Shown here in pieces: positions 1 to 10,881 of a DNA stretch of 64,000 nt. Position 1 is the stretch's first letter; each line of letters opens with the position of its first letter. Position numbers and translations under genes: made by a program. Source of the stretch: Cyanophora paradoxa CCMP329 (lineage: Eukaryota > Plantae > Glaucophyta); contig QPMI01000173.1 of the NCBI GenBank assembly GCA_004431415.1, positions 62,001 to 126,000 of the forward strand. The letters run 5' to 3'. A model generated the notes under the pieces. That model saw nothing but the letters and a program-made list of their open reading frames with translations. It did not search any database and was not told where the DNA came from.

Positions 1-1381
1 ACGGGGGCGACCTGCCCGGGGGGCGGGGCCGTGCTCGCCCGCGACGGCTTCTGGCTGGACCCCGCCTCCATCGGCCGCGCCGCCCCCGCCGCCTACCGCT
101 GCCCCCGCGGCCTCTGCTGCCCCACCGGCGCCTGCGGCCTCGACGCCCCCTGGTGCGCCCCGCGGCCGGGCGCTCCCCCTCGCCGCGCTCACGGCGGGGG
201 CAGCGCGGCGCGGCGGCGGGGCGTGCTGTGCGGGGATTGCGAGGCGGGGTACAGCGACTGGGGCGGGGAGTGCACGGCGTGCACGACGCCGCAGCCGGCG
301 CTGCTCGTCGTGCCCGTCGCCGCCGCCTGCGGCCTCGTCGCCATCTTCTGGGTCGCCAGGTCGCCGCCCCGGCCTCCCCGCGGGCCCCGCCGCTGACTCG
401 GGGCGGGGGCAGCGCGGGGGACCCGTCCTCGGGGAAGGCCAAGTCGGTGGTCTTCTTCGTGCAGGCCTCGGCCTTCGTCGTCACCGACGTCTCCGTCGTC
501 GCCGACCTCTCCTGGGACTCCCTCCTCTCCTCCTCCCTCCTCTGCCCCTTCCAAATCGACCCCGTCCACCGCTCCCTCCTCGGCTTCTGGATCCCCGCCC
601 TCTCCTTCGTCCTCCTCCTCCTCCTCGTCTGCGCCGCCACCGGCCTATCCGTCCTCCGCACCAGGCGCCCCAGCCTCGACTCCACCCTCAGCCGCCGCCT
701 CTTCGTCACCGCCGTCCAGGCACCCATCCCGCCTCGCCCCGTCCGCCCCCGTCCCGCCTCGCCCGCTCTCACCCGGCCCCGCCCGCAGCTCGCCGCCTTC
801 TCCTACATCGCCATCGCCAACACGTCAATTAAGTTAAGTAGGACCTCTAGAATGGATTACTGGATTACTGGACCTCAATATTACTGGGTTACTGGATTAC
901 TGGATCATCGGACCCAGCGTTAACGGCTAGCCGTCATCATCCCATCCGGTCTTACCCGAGCGCGCGCAGTTCCTCGACTGCATCTCCGTTGGCGAGAAGT
1001 GCGCCGCCCGCCTCACCTCAGTGTCGCAATCTTGAGCATCACCCCCGTTCCCCCCCCTGCCTGACGCCCCCGGCCCGCAGCCGCGTGCTGCGCCGCTCTC
1101 CCGCTGTCTCCTGCGACACCCCGGAGTACCGCCGCTGGGTGCCCCTCGCCTGGTACACCCCGCCCCCCGCCCGAGGCCGCACCTCCTGCTCCGCCCACGC
1201 CCCCGGCGCAGGGCGATGATCGCGGGGTACGTGGTGCTGGTGCCGCTGCTCTTCGGGGCGGCGGTGTGGCGGCTGCGGCGGCGTGGCGGGGCGCACCTGC
1301 GCGCCCCCGCGACGCGCCTCCGCTGGGGCGTCCTCTACGCCTGCTACCGGCCCCCGTGGGTCCTCTACGAGGTCCGCCCCG

Positions 1382-1421
<40 letters not shown>

Positions 1422-3100
1422 AGGCTATGCCAGAGGCCGCGAGGGGCATCCGCCGAGCACGAGAGCCGCGTCGCCCTTGGAGCAGAGCACTAGAAGAACC
1501 CCCCCTCCTCCGCCCAGGGGCTCCCCCCTTGCCCCTCGGGGAGGGCTAAACGAGGAGGGGGGGCCGCGGGGGCGCAGGTCTTCTTCATGGCGCGCCGCAT
1601 CCTCCTCATCGCAGTCGACGTCGCCTTCGGCAACAACTTCTCCAACCGCTCCCTCGGTCACCCGCCTACAAGCCCCGCCCGCGCTCACTAGCGACGTTAG
1701 AGTGAAGCGCTCAGAAGCGCCGGCAACGACCCCTCGAGCCGCTCCCGCTGCACGATCTGATCTGATTCGCGCTGTGGGATCTGACGGGGCGGGGTCCGAT
1801 GCGGGCGCAGGGATGTTCCTCGCGTCGACCCTCTTCGTGGCCGTGCACGAGGGGGCCCGCCCCTTCGCCACGCCCCTGGACAACGCCCTCGAGGTGCCCC
1901 CTCCCCGCCCCTCTTTCCTCTCGCAATCTTGCCTCACGCCGTCGCCGGCTTCGCTCGCGGCCCGCAGTCCCTCTTCCTCATCTCGCTCCTGCTGACCTCG
2001 GCCCTCGAGATGACGGCCGCCGCCGCGCTCGAGGCCCCAGCCTGTGCGCCCAGCGCCCCTTCGCCGCGCCCGCCGGCCCCGCCGCCCACGCGCCCCGCAG
2101 ACTCCGTGCGCGCCATCCAGTACTCCCTCGGCGGCACCGCCCTCCTCATCGGTGCGGGCCGCGGCGCACGACCACCACCACCCCTAAGGCGGGGCGGGGC
2201 GGGGACAGGGGGCGGCCTCATCGCGGCCTACCTCGCCTTCTACATCTCCGCCGCCATGAAGGCCGCCGGGCCGCCCGGCGGCGGCCCCCGCCGCGGCACC
2301 CTCCTCGCCGCCCTCCGCGCCGCATTCGTGCCCCGCCCCGACCCCGACCCCGACGCCGACCCCGACGAGGAGGAGGCGGGGGCGGCGGCGGGGGAGGAGG
2401 GGGCGGGGCCGGGCGGGGCCGGCCAAGGGCGAGGGCGGGGGCGAGGCGGAGGAAGAGCGGGCGGCGAGCCCGGCGAGCTCGCAGGCTCCCCTGCTCTCCC
2501 CGGGGCCCCGCGCCTCGCTGCGCGCCCGCGCCGCCGGCGCAGCGGCGCGTCCCTCGCCCGACGCGGGGCGGAGAGCGGGGAGGCGGAGGCGGAGCGGGAG
2601 CCGCGGCGCTCGAGCGTGCGGAGCCGCACGCCGGCGCCGCCAGTCGCCGACGAGCCGGTGAGCGCGCGTGCGGGGCCTCTCGCGGGTGGCCGGGGAGGCC
2701 TCTGACGCCCCCCACGGCAGGCCTTCCCTTCGTGCAGAGCATCCTGCGCATGCTGGCCCCGGCGCGCAGGCCCCCGCCCCGGAGACGGGCGACTGGCCCC
2801 CGCGCCCGCCCTCGCGCGCCGGCGACGGCGGCAGCATGCGCAGCGCGCGGGGCGAGCGGGCAGGCTCGAGCGGGGGCGGGGCGGGGGGCGAGCATGCGGC
2901 GGCGGCGGCCGTCGGCGGAGGCCGGCTCGCCGAGCCCGGAGCTGACCCCGCACCCCCGGGACGCCCCGGAGGTCACCCCCGGGGAGCCGGCGGGGCCCCG
3001 GGAGGCGAGGAGAGGGAGGCCGGCTCCGCGAGGCCGGCCCCCACGCGGCCCCACCGCCTCGCACCGCTGCTCCGCGGCCGCGCCGCCGGCGGGCGGGTGA
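1..3100 (+). CDS. Multi-exon membrane protein: Cys-rich juxtamembrane region plus ~7 TM helices (protist TRP-like/GPCR-like C-terminal module); 5' end outside window, 3' end uncertain (about 2945-3426)
   Basis: Spliced translation gives GFW...YRCPRGLCC...RRGVLCGDCEAGYSDWGGECTAC, then hydrophobic segments with family-typical motifs: KSVVFFVQ, FLDC, PAVSCDTPEY, RWGVLYACYRP..LYEVFFMARRILLI, RPFATPLDNALE. Mostly short introns (about 50-70 nt) with CTGAC/CTCAC branch sites. Confidence 0.75.
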
Positions 3101-4313
3101 TCCCCGCGCAGGAGGGCGGGGGCGGGGAGGGGCCGGCGGGGGCACGGGCCCCGGGCCCCGCCGCTGCTCGTCGGTGGAGGCGGCTTCGCCGGCCTCCACG
3201 GCCTCGCCGACGCCGCCCTGCCCCCGCCCGCCCCCGCCGCCCCCGCCTCCCTCCACGAGCCCCCGCCCCGCGAGTAGCCCCCCCGCTGCCCTCCTTGAAG
3301 CCTGCGCTCCCCCGAGTCGATCCCCCCGCCGGCGGCTATGGTGATCAGTACATGTATTCTAGCTATAGTGTGCGATTCGAATTCGCCCCGTCTCCGGGCC
3401 CCGCCCCTCAATCATTCAATGATTGAATCATGTCCCTCCTAGTCTGCCCCTCATGATCACTTGAGCTGCACCTGTTAGCTTGCCTGCTCCTTGTCTGGTC
3501 ATTTATTCTGGATCGTTTAGCTGTACCTTATAGCTAAGAGCTCTACTAGGCTAGCTAGCCCTCTCTCCTGAGTTCGTGTGATTGTCACTGAGTGCTCTGC
3601 CTTCATCATCGGCCAATCTTGGTGCCCGTCTTTGTATTAATAACTACGAAGTTTTGCTGTATTTGCTGCGGTCCACTGAGCCAGTAATACTCACAGCAGA
3701 ATCTCCATAGAATTTCAAGTTTATTCAATGATTCAACGATTATGGGTATCTCATTACTAAGTTAAATTGGAGTGCGTATGTCTACTACGGTATACGTAAT
3801 TGATTGAAGCTTAAGTATAATTCACATGATGATATACGTATATATACGTGAATTCCAAAGCCTTGAAATCGAAATCAAAACCAATCGGCTGCGCGCGCAT
3901 GCGCAATTGCAAGCTGCGCGCGAGCCGCTAGCTAGCTAGCTATAGCGCTATAGCGCTGAGCTCGAGTACTAGTCACTAAGTTCGAATTCGCGATCGCTCG
4001 AGCTCGCCGAGTCGCTCGACTCGAGCTCGTCACACCGGTACCGTCTCACACGGCCGCGCGCGGCGCCGGCGTCCTCCCGGCCCATCGCGAGGCTCCCAGC
4101 TCGCATGCGCAGGTGCACGTGCACGTACGCGTGCACTCGCGATCGCCCCTCGGGGACCGGCACGAGCCCCTCCGCCATGGTTTCGCGCGCGCGCGCAGGC
4201 ACTAGCTCGAGCCGCACGACGTCGATCGATATCGATATCGATATCGCGACGCGTACGGTTGCACAAGCTCGAGGGGGGTAGTCGTAGACTTCGTTCGCAG
4301 CGCCTGGTTGCCA

Positions 4314-4792
4314 ATGTCCAGCCCCGCGCTCTCCCGGCTCCGCGCCATTCACCGCTCGGTTTCGAGGGTGTTCCGAGGCGACCGGCCGCTGCAGGAGGAG
4401 GCGCGCCGCAAGATCCGCGAGGAGTTCGCCAAGAATCGGTGCGGCGGCTGACCGGCGCAGCCGCTGCAGCTGCGACGGCGGCTGAGCGGCCGCGTGAGCA
4501 GGCACGAAACGGACCCGGCGAAGATCCAGGAGATGCTCGCCGCTGTCGACGACACGATCCAGTTCATGGAGACGGAAATCGTGCAGGCCGTCTATGACCC
4601 GAACGCCGGCATCTACAGTGCGCCTTATTTCTTTCTTCGTCGCGGCGCCTAGCTCCCGCTCACGCGCCCGCCCCGCAAGAGGCGCGCGTGGACGAGAAGC
4701 ACGCATCGCCGACCCTCCCATCCGGCGGCGGAGGCGGCTGCGGCTCCAGCGGCTGCGGGTCGGGCAGCAGCTCTGGTGGCGGCTGCTCCTGA
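4314..4792 (+). CDS. LYRM7: LYR-family complex III Rieske assembly factor (LYRM7/MZM1-like), 3 exons
   Basis: ATG at 4314. Spliced protein MSSPALSRLRAIHRSVSRVFRGDRPLQEEARRKIREEFAKNRHETDPAKIQEMLAAVDDTIQFMETEIVQAVYDPNAGIYKARVDEKH... matches the LYRM7 pattern (F.GD...L..AR..I.EEF..N....D...I...........L...IVQ). TGA at 4790-4792. Missed by the ORF track. Confidence 0.85.
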
Positions 4793-5388
4793 TCGGGGGG
4801 GTCGACGTTTCGCATTCGCCCATCAGCTGCCGGCTTGCGCCTGGAGCGCCTGTGACGCTTGGGTCGTCCCACGCCGGGCGCGCCTTGATGCCGCCAGGCT
4901 CGAGCTCAGCTACTTCCTTCAGCGCGGAGCATCGGTTGCGAGTCGCCATGCGCGGCGGCTCCTCCCGCCCGAAGCCGATCCACCCAGCCGAAGCTGCCCG
5001 CTCCATGCGGCCCACCAGCCTGGCAGCAGCGGCCGCCTAGCGTCGCCCAGGCTGCCCAGCCGCTGTTATCCTTAGCCAGGACGTGCTCGTCACCCGTAAC
5101 GTGCGCACGAATGCCTCGCCTTGCCGTCTGTCGTCGTACTCTCTCGAATTCGAACGTCTCTGCTTTGGGGCCCGCCAGCGAGTGCCGCGTGGACGGAGAG
5201 CCATCGGGGGCCGGCCAGGGCCTCGGGCCTAGGCGCCGGGTCTTCCGCTGGCATCTCAAGAGCCTACAAGATTTCTTATGCGCGCAGCTCTCCTGCCTCT
5301 AGCGATCTCCTGCCTCCAGATCTCTCCCCGCTACTACTCTATAGCTAGTCGACGTCTCTGGTCTAGTCAGACGCGCCCCAGCCTGCAG

Positions 5389-8229
5389 CTACGCCGAAGA
5401 CTTCGCGGGGGGCGGGGGCAGCCCGAGCGAGACCAGCAGGCGCCGTACCCCCTCCCGCAGGCCCCCCAGAGAGGGTACGGCCGCGTAGCATATCCGGAAC
5501 CAGCCGGGCTCGAGCGCGTGGAAGGGCGCTCCGGGGGTTACCACGACCTGCCGCCGAATCTCAAATAAAGGGGGAGGGGGGGGGGCTGTGAAGGGGTACG
5601 GGCCTTGGCGTCGCGGAAGGCGCGGGTCCAGACGAGTGTCTCCCCCGCAGTGTCGGGCGTCTGGGGAAGGGGAGCGTTTGCGGGGGTACGGAAGTCCTGC
5701 GGAAGAGGGGGGTGGGTACCGGGAGGAAGCGGCGGAGATCAACCCAGACGAAGAAGCCTGGGGCGGGGCGGGGTACGAGGGGAGTGAGGCGGGTGGGGCG
5801 GGGGTAGCGGGTGAGGCGGGGCGCACCGGCGTCGGCGGGGACGAACGGGATGCCGGCCCCGCTCAGCAGCGAGCTCACTGCGGGGCCGCGTGGCCGCCTC
5901 AGTGCGTTTGCTCACGAGAGGGCGTGGGAGGCGAAGGGGAGAGGGGGGGGGGAGGAAGGGGGAGGAGGAGGGGGTACAGGGGTTCACCGGCGCCGTACGC
6001 CTCCCGAAGCATCTCTGCGGGGGAGGGCGCCTCAGGGACGCGGGGCGGGGTGGCGCGGGGCGGGGCGGGGCGGAGGGGCGGTGCTCTGGCTTCACGAGGC
6101 GTGGATCGCCGTCGGATGATCGGGCGCTCGGCGGCTAGCAAGCGAGCGGCTAGGAGAATCGGAGCTTTGGCTTCGCTCGGCGACTCAGCGGGGGCGTACG
6201 CGGCTAGCGGGCGGCTAGAGGCTTGCGGCAGCGGCGCGGGTCGCTATCCCTCGGAACGCTCGGGGCGGGCGGGCGGACGCTTGTTGGCGGCGAGGAATCG
6301 GTCGACGAGGGGCCCGTCCGAGAGCAGCCGGCACATCGCCGACGCTGGAGCCCCGTTGAGCGCGAGAGCGGAGGAGGCGCGCCCGCGCCCGCGTCCCCTC
6401 ACCGAGGTAGGAAGAGGGGAGGAAGAAGTACGTCAGCGCTGCAGAAGAGGGGGGGGGGGGGTCAGGGGGTTGGATTGTTCGCTCGAATCGCGTACCCCCG
6501 CCCTCCACCGCCCCCTCCCGCACCGGAGACGGCGTCCCGAAGGGAGGCGCTCTTGGAGTACAGGGCACCGAGGCGGAACCCCGACATGCTGAAATCCTGT
6601 ACCCGCTTCAAAAAGCGAAGATGGAAGCGCGGGGGGTACGGGCCTTGGAGAAGGCGTACACGACGTGAACGCGCTCCAGGAGCTCGCTGAGGGAAGAGGA
6701 GGGGAGTCAAGAGGGGGATGGGAGGGGGAGGCGGGGGAGAGGCGAACGCGCGGCGGGGGTGGGACTCCAGGACGGCTGCGGCAGAGACGAACTTCGCTCC
6801 GGCGCCCCAGACCGAGTTGCCTGCGGGGGGTACGAGGCTCGGTCTTTCTGTCTGTCGGGACACGGCGGGACGAGTACCGTAGAGCTCATCCTGCGGGCAG
6901 GCGGGGACACGGGTCGAGAGGGGGGCAAGGGGAGAGGGGGGTGCGATTGCTGGCGCGCACGGAGAGGAGGTGCGGTATGTTCCGGGAGAGGCACCTGAGG
7001 CGAGGCGTGGGCGCGCTCCGGGCCCGAGGCGTGCACCACACGCACCAGTCCATCGCCTCCCGCAGCGCCTCGGGGGACACGACGCGACCGGTCGGGTTGT
7101 TCGGGGAGCTGCGGGGCGCGCGCGCGAGATCGGCGAGGGAGAGCAGGGCAGAATCTGCGGGGGGCGGGCCTGAGGAGGAGGGCGCGGACGGCGAGGCCCC
7201 GCCGCTGCGCCTCTCGGAGCCCCGCGTCCAGGTCCTCCTTCGTGAAGTCGAAGTTGCGCTCGGGCTGGGGGGTACGCCGTTTGAGCTCGAGCTCGGGGCA
7301 CGAAGCGCGGCGGGGGTGCGCGGGTTTGGACCTGGGTCGGGCACCCGACGATGACGACGTGCGCGCGCGTGAGGAGGTCGTTGTCGAACCCGGAGCTTTG
7401 GAAAGGAGAAGGGGGGGGGGGGAGGGGGGGGGCGGAGGGGGGGCGAAGCTCAGATCTGAGGGAAGCATTGCACAGGATCGAAGCGCCGCGCCGCGCACTA
7501 GTACGGGGCGGGGACGAGCTGCGGGCGCGGGAGGGGTACTGTGAGCTTCAGGCGGGCGCGGGGCGGGTACGCGCACGATCGCGTCGCCGGCCTCGGCGAT
7601 GCAGAATGCGAGCGACTCTTCGGGTGGTGCAAAGTTCAGAGGTGGGGAAGCGTCATAGGGGTACGGCGCGGCGCGGGTGGGCACCGAGCAGGGAGCCGGC
7701 GCCAGCAGTGAGCACGAGGTCGTCGGCGTCGGCGCGCGGGGCGTTGTCGAAGAGCGTTCGGCTCATCAGTGCGGCCACCTCCTTTCGCAGGCGCGCGTTG
7801 CCCTGGTCGCGCGGACCGGAGCTCGAGTCGGCGCGCGGGGAAACATTCGGAGCGCGCGCGATTGGGAGCACCGCGGGATGGTCGTAGCCGGCCTCGCTCT
7901 GCGCGTGCTCAGAGGAGTCGAAGCGAGTTCAGCGCACGCGCAGGCGCGGGTTGTGCACCACGGTGAGATTGGGGTTGGAGCGCATGCAGTCGCGCAGGAT
8001 GTCGAAGGACGGCAGCTTGTTCTCTGTGGCGTGTGATCGCACGCTCGCGCGCGGTCCGCGCGCGGCGCCCCGCACCCGCCAGCGAAAGGTTGATGTATCC
8101 TTCGTTCTCGCCGCGGCCTTCGCGCCACGGATCCGCGAGGCAGGTCGCTAGCGCTGTCACATGCAGCGGCGGACTGCCGCTGACGTACTGGCGGCCGCGG
8201 GAGCTGAGCAGCTCGGCAGCCTTCGTCAT
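5389..8229 (-). CDS. Class I/II PLP-dependent aminotransferase, ACC-synthase-like (ACCS)
   Basis: Spliced motifs GYINLSLAENKL, GNARLRKEVA, DDLVLTAGAGS, SSPNNPTGRV, DELYG, PLP-lysine motif FSKDFSMSGFRLGALYS, GFFVWVDLR, PGAPFHALEPGWFRICYA. Confidence 0.88.
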
Positions 8230-8784
8230 GTCGCTCTCTCGCTCTCCGCTCTCTCGCAAGCGTACGAGCGGCAGCGGTAAGACTGCAGGCAGCGGCAGCA
8301 ACCTGGTGCTTTTCGGCTGCAGGTGTACCCCCTCGCAAGTCTAGCCGACTCTATAGCTAGCGGCTAGCTCTTGAGCTAGCCAGTGGCTGGCGACGCGTAT
8401 ACGTACGCCGCGACGTCGACGTCGACGTCGATCGATATCGCGATTCGCGACCCCGTGACCCCGCGACGCGCCGCGCGCGGCGTGCTGCAGCACTGTAGAC
8501 ACGTACGAGGCGTGGTCACGGTCCACCGAGGCCTAGGACGGTCCGGCACGTGGGGAGCCTCGGAGGGGGGCATGCGCACCCCCTTCCTGCCTGGCCGGAC
8601 CGGTACCTATCCGAGCATTTTTTTTTCACGGGCCACGGAGGCCCTGAGGCTCGTGATTCCGAAGTTCGATATCGATGACTCAGAGATCATGATCATCTTC
8701 TTGCTCTCAGCTGCATGAGATCGAAGACCGTGGCCCTAGGCCTATGTATCTTTCGAATTCAGCTCGACAGAGGGATGAGGTCAC

Positions 8785-10396
8785 CTAGCGTCTGCTAGGG
8801 GCGCGGTGGGGCAGGTGCCGCCGGGCACGTGCAGGAAGCCGCAGGCCCGGCACAAAAAAGTTCTCACGAACTCGTCGTCGGGCCCCAGTCCCGCCTCGCA
8901 CCTCCTGCACCGGCACCGGAAGAAGAATCGATCCTGCATGGGGAGGGGCGGCGAGGGGTGGGGGGGGGGTCGTCGAGCTCGACGTCAGCGGGGTACGGAG
9001 CGAGGGCAGGAGCGGCACAATGTGTGCGGCGGACCTCGAGGTCCTTGACCCTCGCCTCGGCGGACTGGGGCACACGTGCGTGAGGGAAAAGCAGGGGAGG
9101 AACGCGTCGAAGGGAGCGCACCTGGTCGCAGTCGATGTACGCGGTGCAGACCTCCTCCCCCTCCGCGACGGGCCGCAGGGCGCGCATCCGCAGGCCCAGG
9201 TTCAAAATCCGGCGGGCCTCTGGCGTGCTGGGCGCCGGGGGAGCCGCCGGGCCCGCCTCACCCGAGCCCGAATCCGCGTCCGAGGCGCACAGGTGGCCCG
9301 TCCTGTACAAATTCGGCTCGCAGCTGGGGGCACTTCAGCGGGGCACCGGGGACGCCGGCAGGGCGCGCGATCGCGCATGGCACCTGTGGTTGAAGTAGGA
9401 GGCGTATGGGTACAGGCCAATCGCGCAGCACTCGTGTGCCTGACGGGGGCGTTTGCTGCGGGGCAGGGGTGCGGCGCGTGATGCGGGGTACCTCGTCCCA
9501 GAGGCCGAAGGAGTTGCACTGGTTAACGCCCATCACGTGGACAATGTCCTCGACGGGGACCGAAGCGAAGAGGCTGGGGGAGGGGTACGGTCTCAGCGAG
9601 CTATGAGAAAGGGGAGGGGGGGGGGAGGGGGGGGGGTTGTACCTTGGGACGCGGCTGCGCAGGAGCGCCGCGAACCCCTCGAGGTACTTGCGCGCGGGAG
9701 CGGACTGCGAGGGGAGCGGCCGTCTGTCAGGTCCCCGGGATCCTGGGCGAAGCGCGGGGTACCTGCTTCTCGATGTTCGTGACGCAAGCGGCGACGTCGT
9801 CGTACAGGATCCCGTCGGGTGGTTCCGTGCCGGACTCGCCCTCGCGCTTTCGCCTCGCGAAGACGGCGATGAACAGGCGCGCGTTGGTCCTGCGCGCGCG
9901 AGGATCCGCTCAGCGGGCCGCAGCGGCGGGCGGCGGGCGGCGCGCGGCGGACGGAGGGCGGCGCGCCTCTCCCAGTCTTCTTCGATCTTCGCGTGCACGG
10001 GTACGAGCTCGCGAAGCGCCTCGCACTCCTCGCGGGCGTGGAGCGTGCCGGCGTCCGCGCACTCGGGGCTGCAGAACCATGCGTTCCCGCACCGCGGGCA
10101 CTTGTGCGGCAGGGCCCGCCACCGGTTTGTTGTAAAGCACTCCGCGCACACGCGCTTGCGCTCGCTGTGCGTTATGCCTGCGGCCGCGGATCGGCGCGCG
10201 CGCTATAGCGCCGCTCGCCAAGGCGCGCACCAACCGCGTAGGGCTGAGCGTCGTCGACGAGGAGCTCATTTTGCGCGATGGCGCGAGATGCGACGACGTA
10301 GCGGCCGGCGTCCGCCGTATGCCGAATCTGGAGCGGGACGCGGGCTCGCGCCATCCACGCAGCCGCGCGGGTAGCCGCCGCCAGCGAGGCCGCCAT
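8785..10396 (-). CDS. SET and MYND domain lysine methyltransferase (SMYD family)
   Basis: AGRYVVASRAIAQNELL (SET-N); MYND finger CAECF...CPRC..AWFCSPEC...H..EC; CNSFGL; GLYPYASYFNHSCEPN; MRALRPVAEGEEVCTAYID; post-SET FFFRCRCRRC. Stop at 8785. Confidence 0.92.
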
Positions 10397-10881
10397 TGAG
10401 TTCACTTAGGAGCCAACACGGCACTAAGGAGTTCAACCGAACCACCCTGCGCTGTGCTGCGCTGAACACAAGCCCCGGCTGCCGGGAGGGGGCGATCGAT
10501 CAGCCCCGGTGGAGCTGCGTAGGCTCAGCGTAGCCTTCACTACCGCTAGCTGCTGGCTATGGCTGAGTTCGAAGGAGACCGGGGTCGCTTCGTCCCTAAG
10601 CCGAACCACGTACCCCAGCGCCGCGACCCCCGGACCCCGGACCCCCGCCGACCAGATTTGCCATCCAGCGAGCATCGTCGCCAACCCGTGCAGCATCTTA
10701 TCCGCCCGGTGAGCACATGTGACGAGCCCCCGGATGCAGGGCTGCATAATGACGGGCGTGCCTTTTGCGTACAAGACGAGCAAGGCCGCTGACGGCCTTT
10801 TGTCTAGATCGGAATCGAAGTTTGCTTCATTCTGAATTTGAAGTTCGCGCAGTTTGCCGCGGGAGGGACTCGGGAGTGAAA

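Noticed and set aside
837-955. Possible small insertion with GGATTACT repeats in an intron
   Set aside because: It has only an imperfect 8-bp inverted match and no TSD, so it cannot be separated from a simple degenerate microrepeat.
2034-2100. Apparent GC donor at 2034
   Set aside because: It would break the frame, while the GT at 2044 gives the in-frame join. The candidate GC donor at 720 was also not counted, because a GT at 714 is equally in frame.
10503-10586. tRNA-Sec-like sequence (GCCCCGG start, CTTCA, TAGCTG, GTTCGAA)
   Set aside because: There is no pairing T-stem and no proper 7-nt anticodon loop. A simple hairpin fits better.
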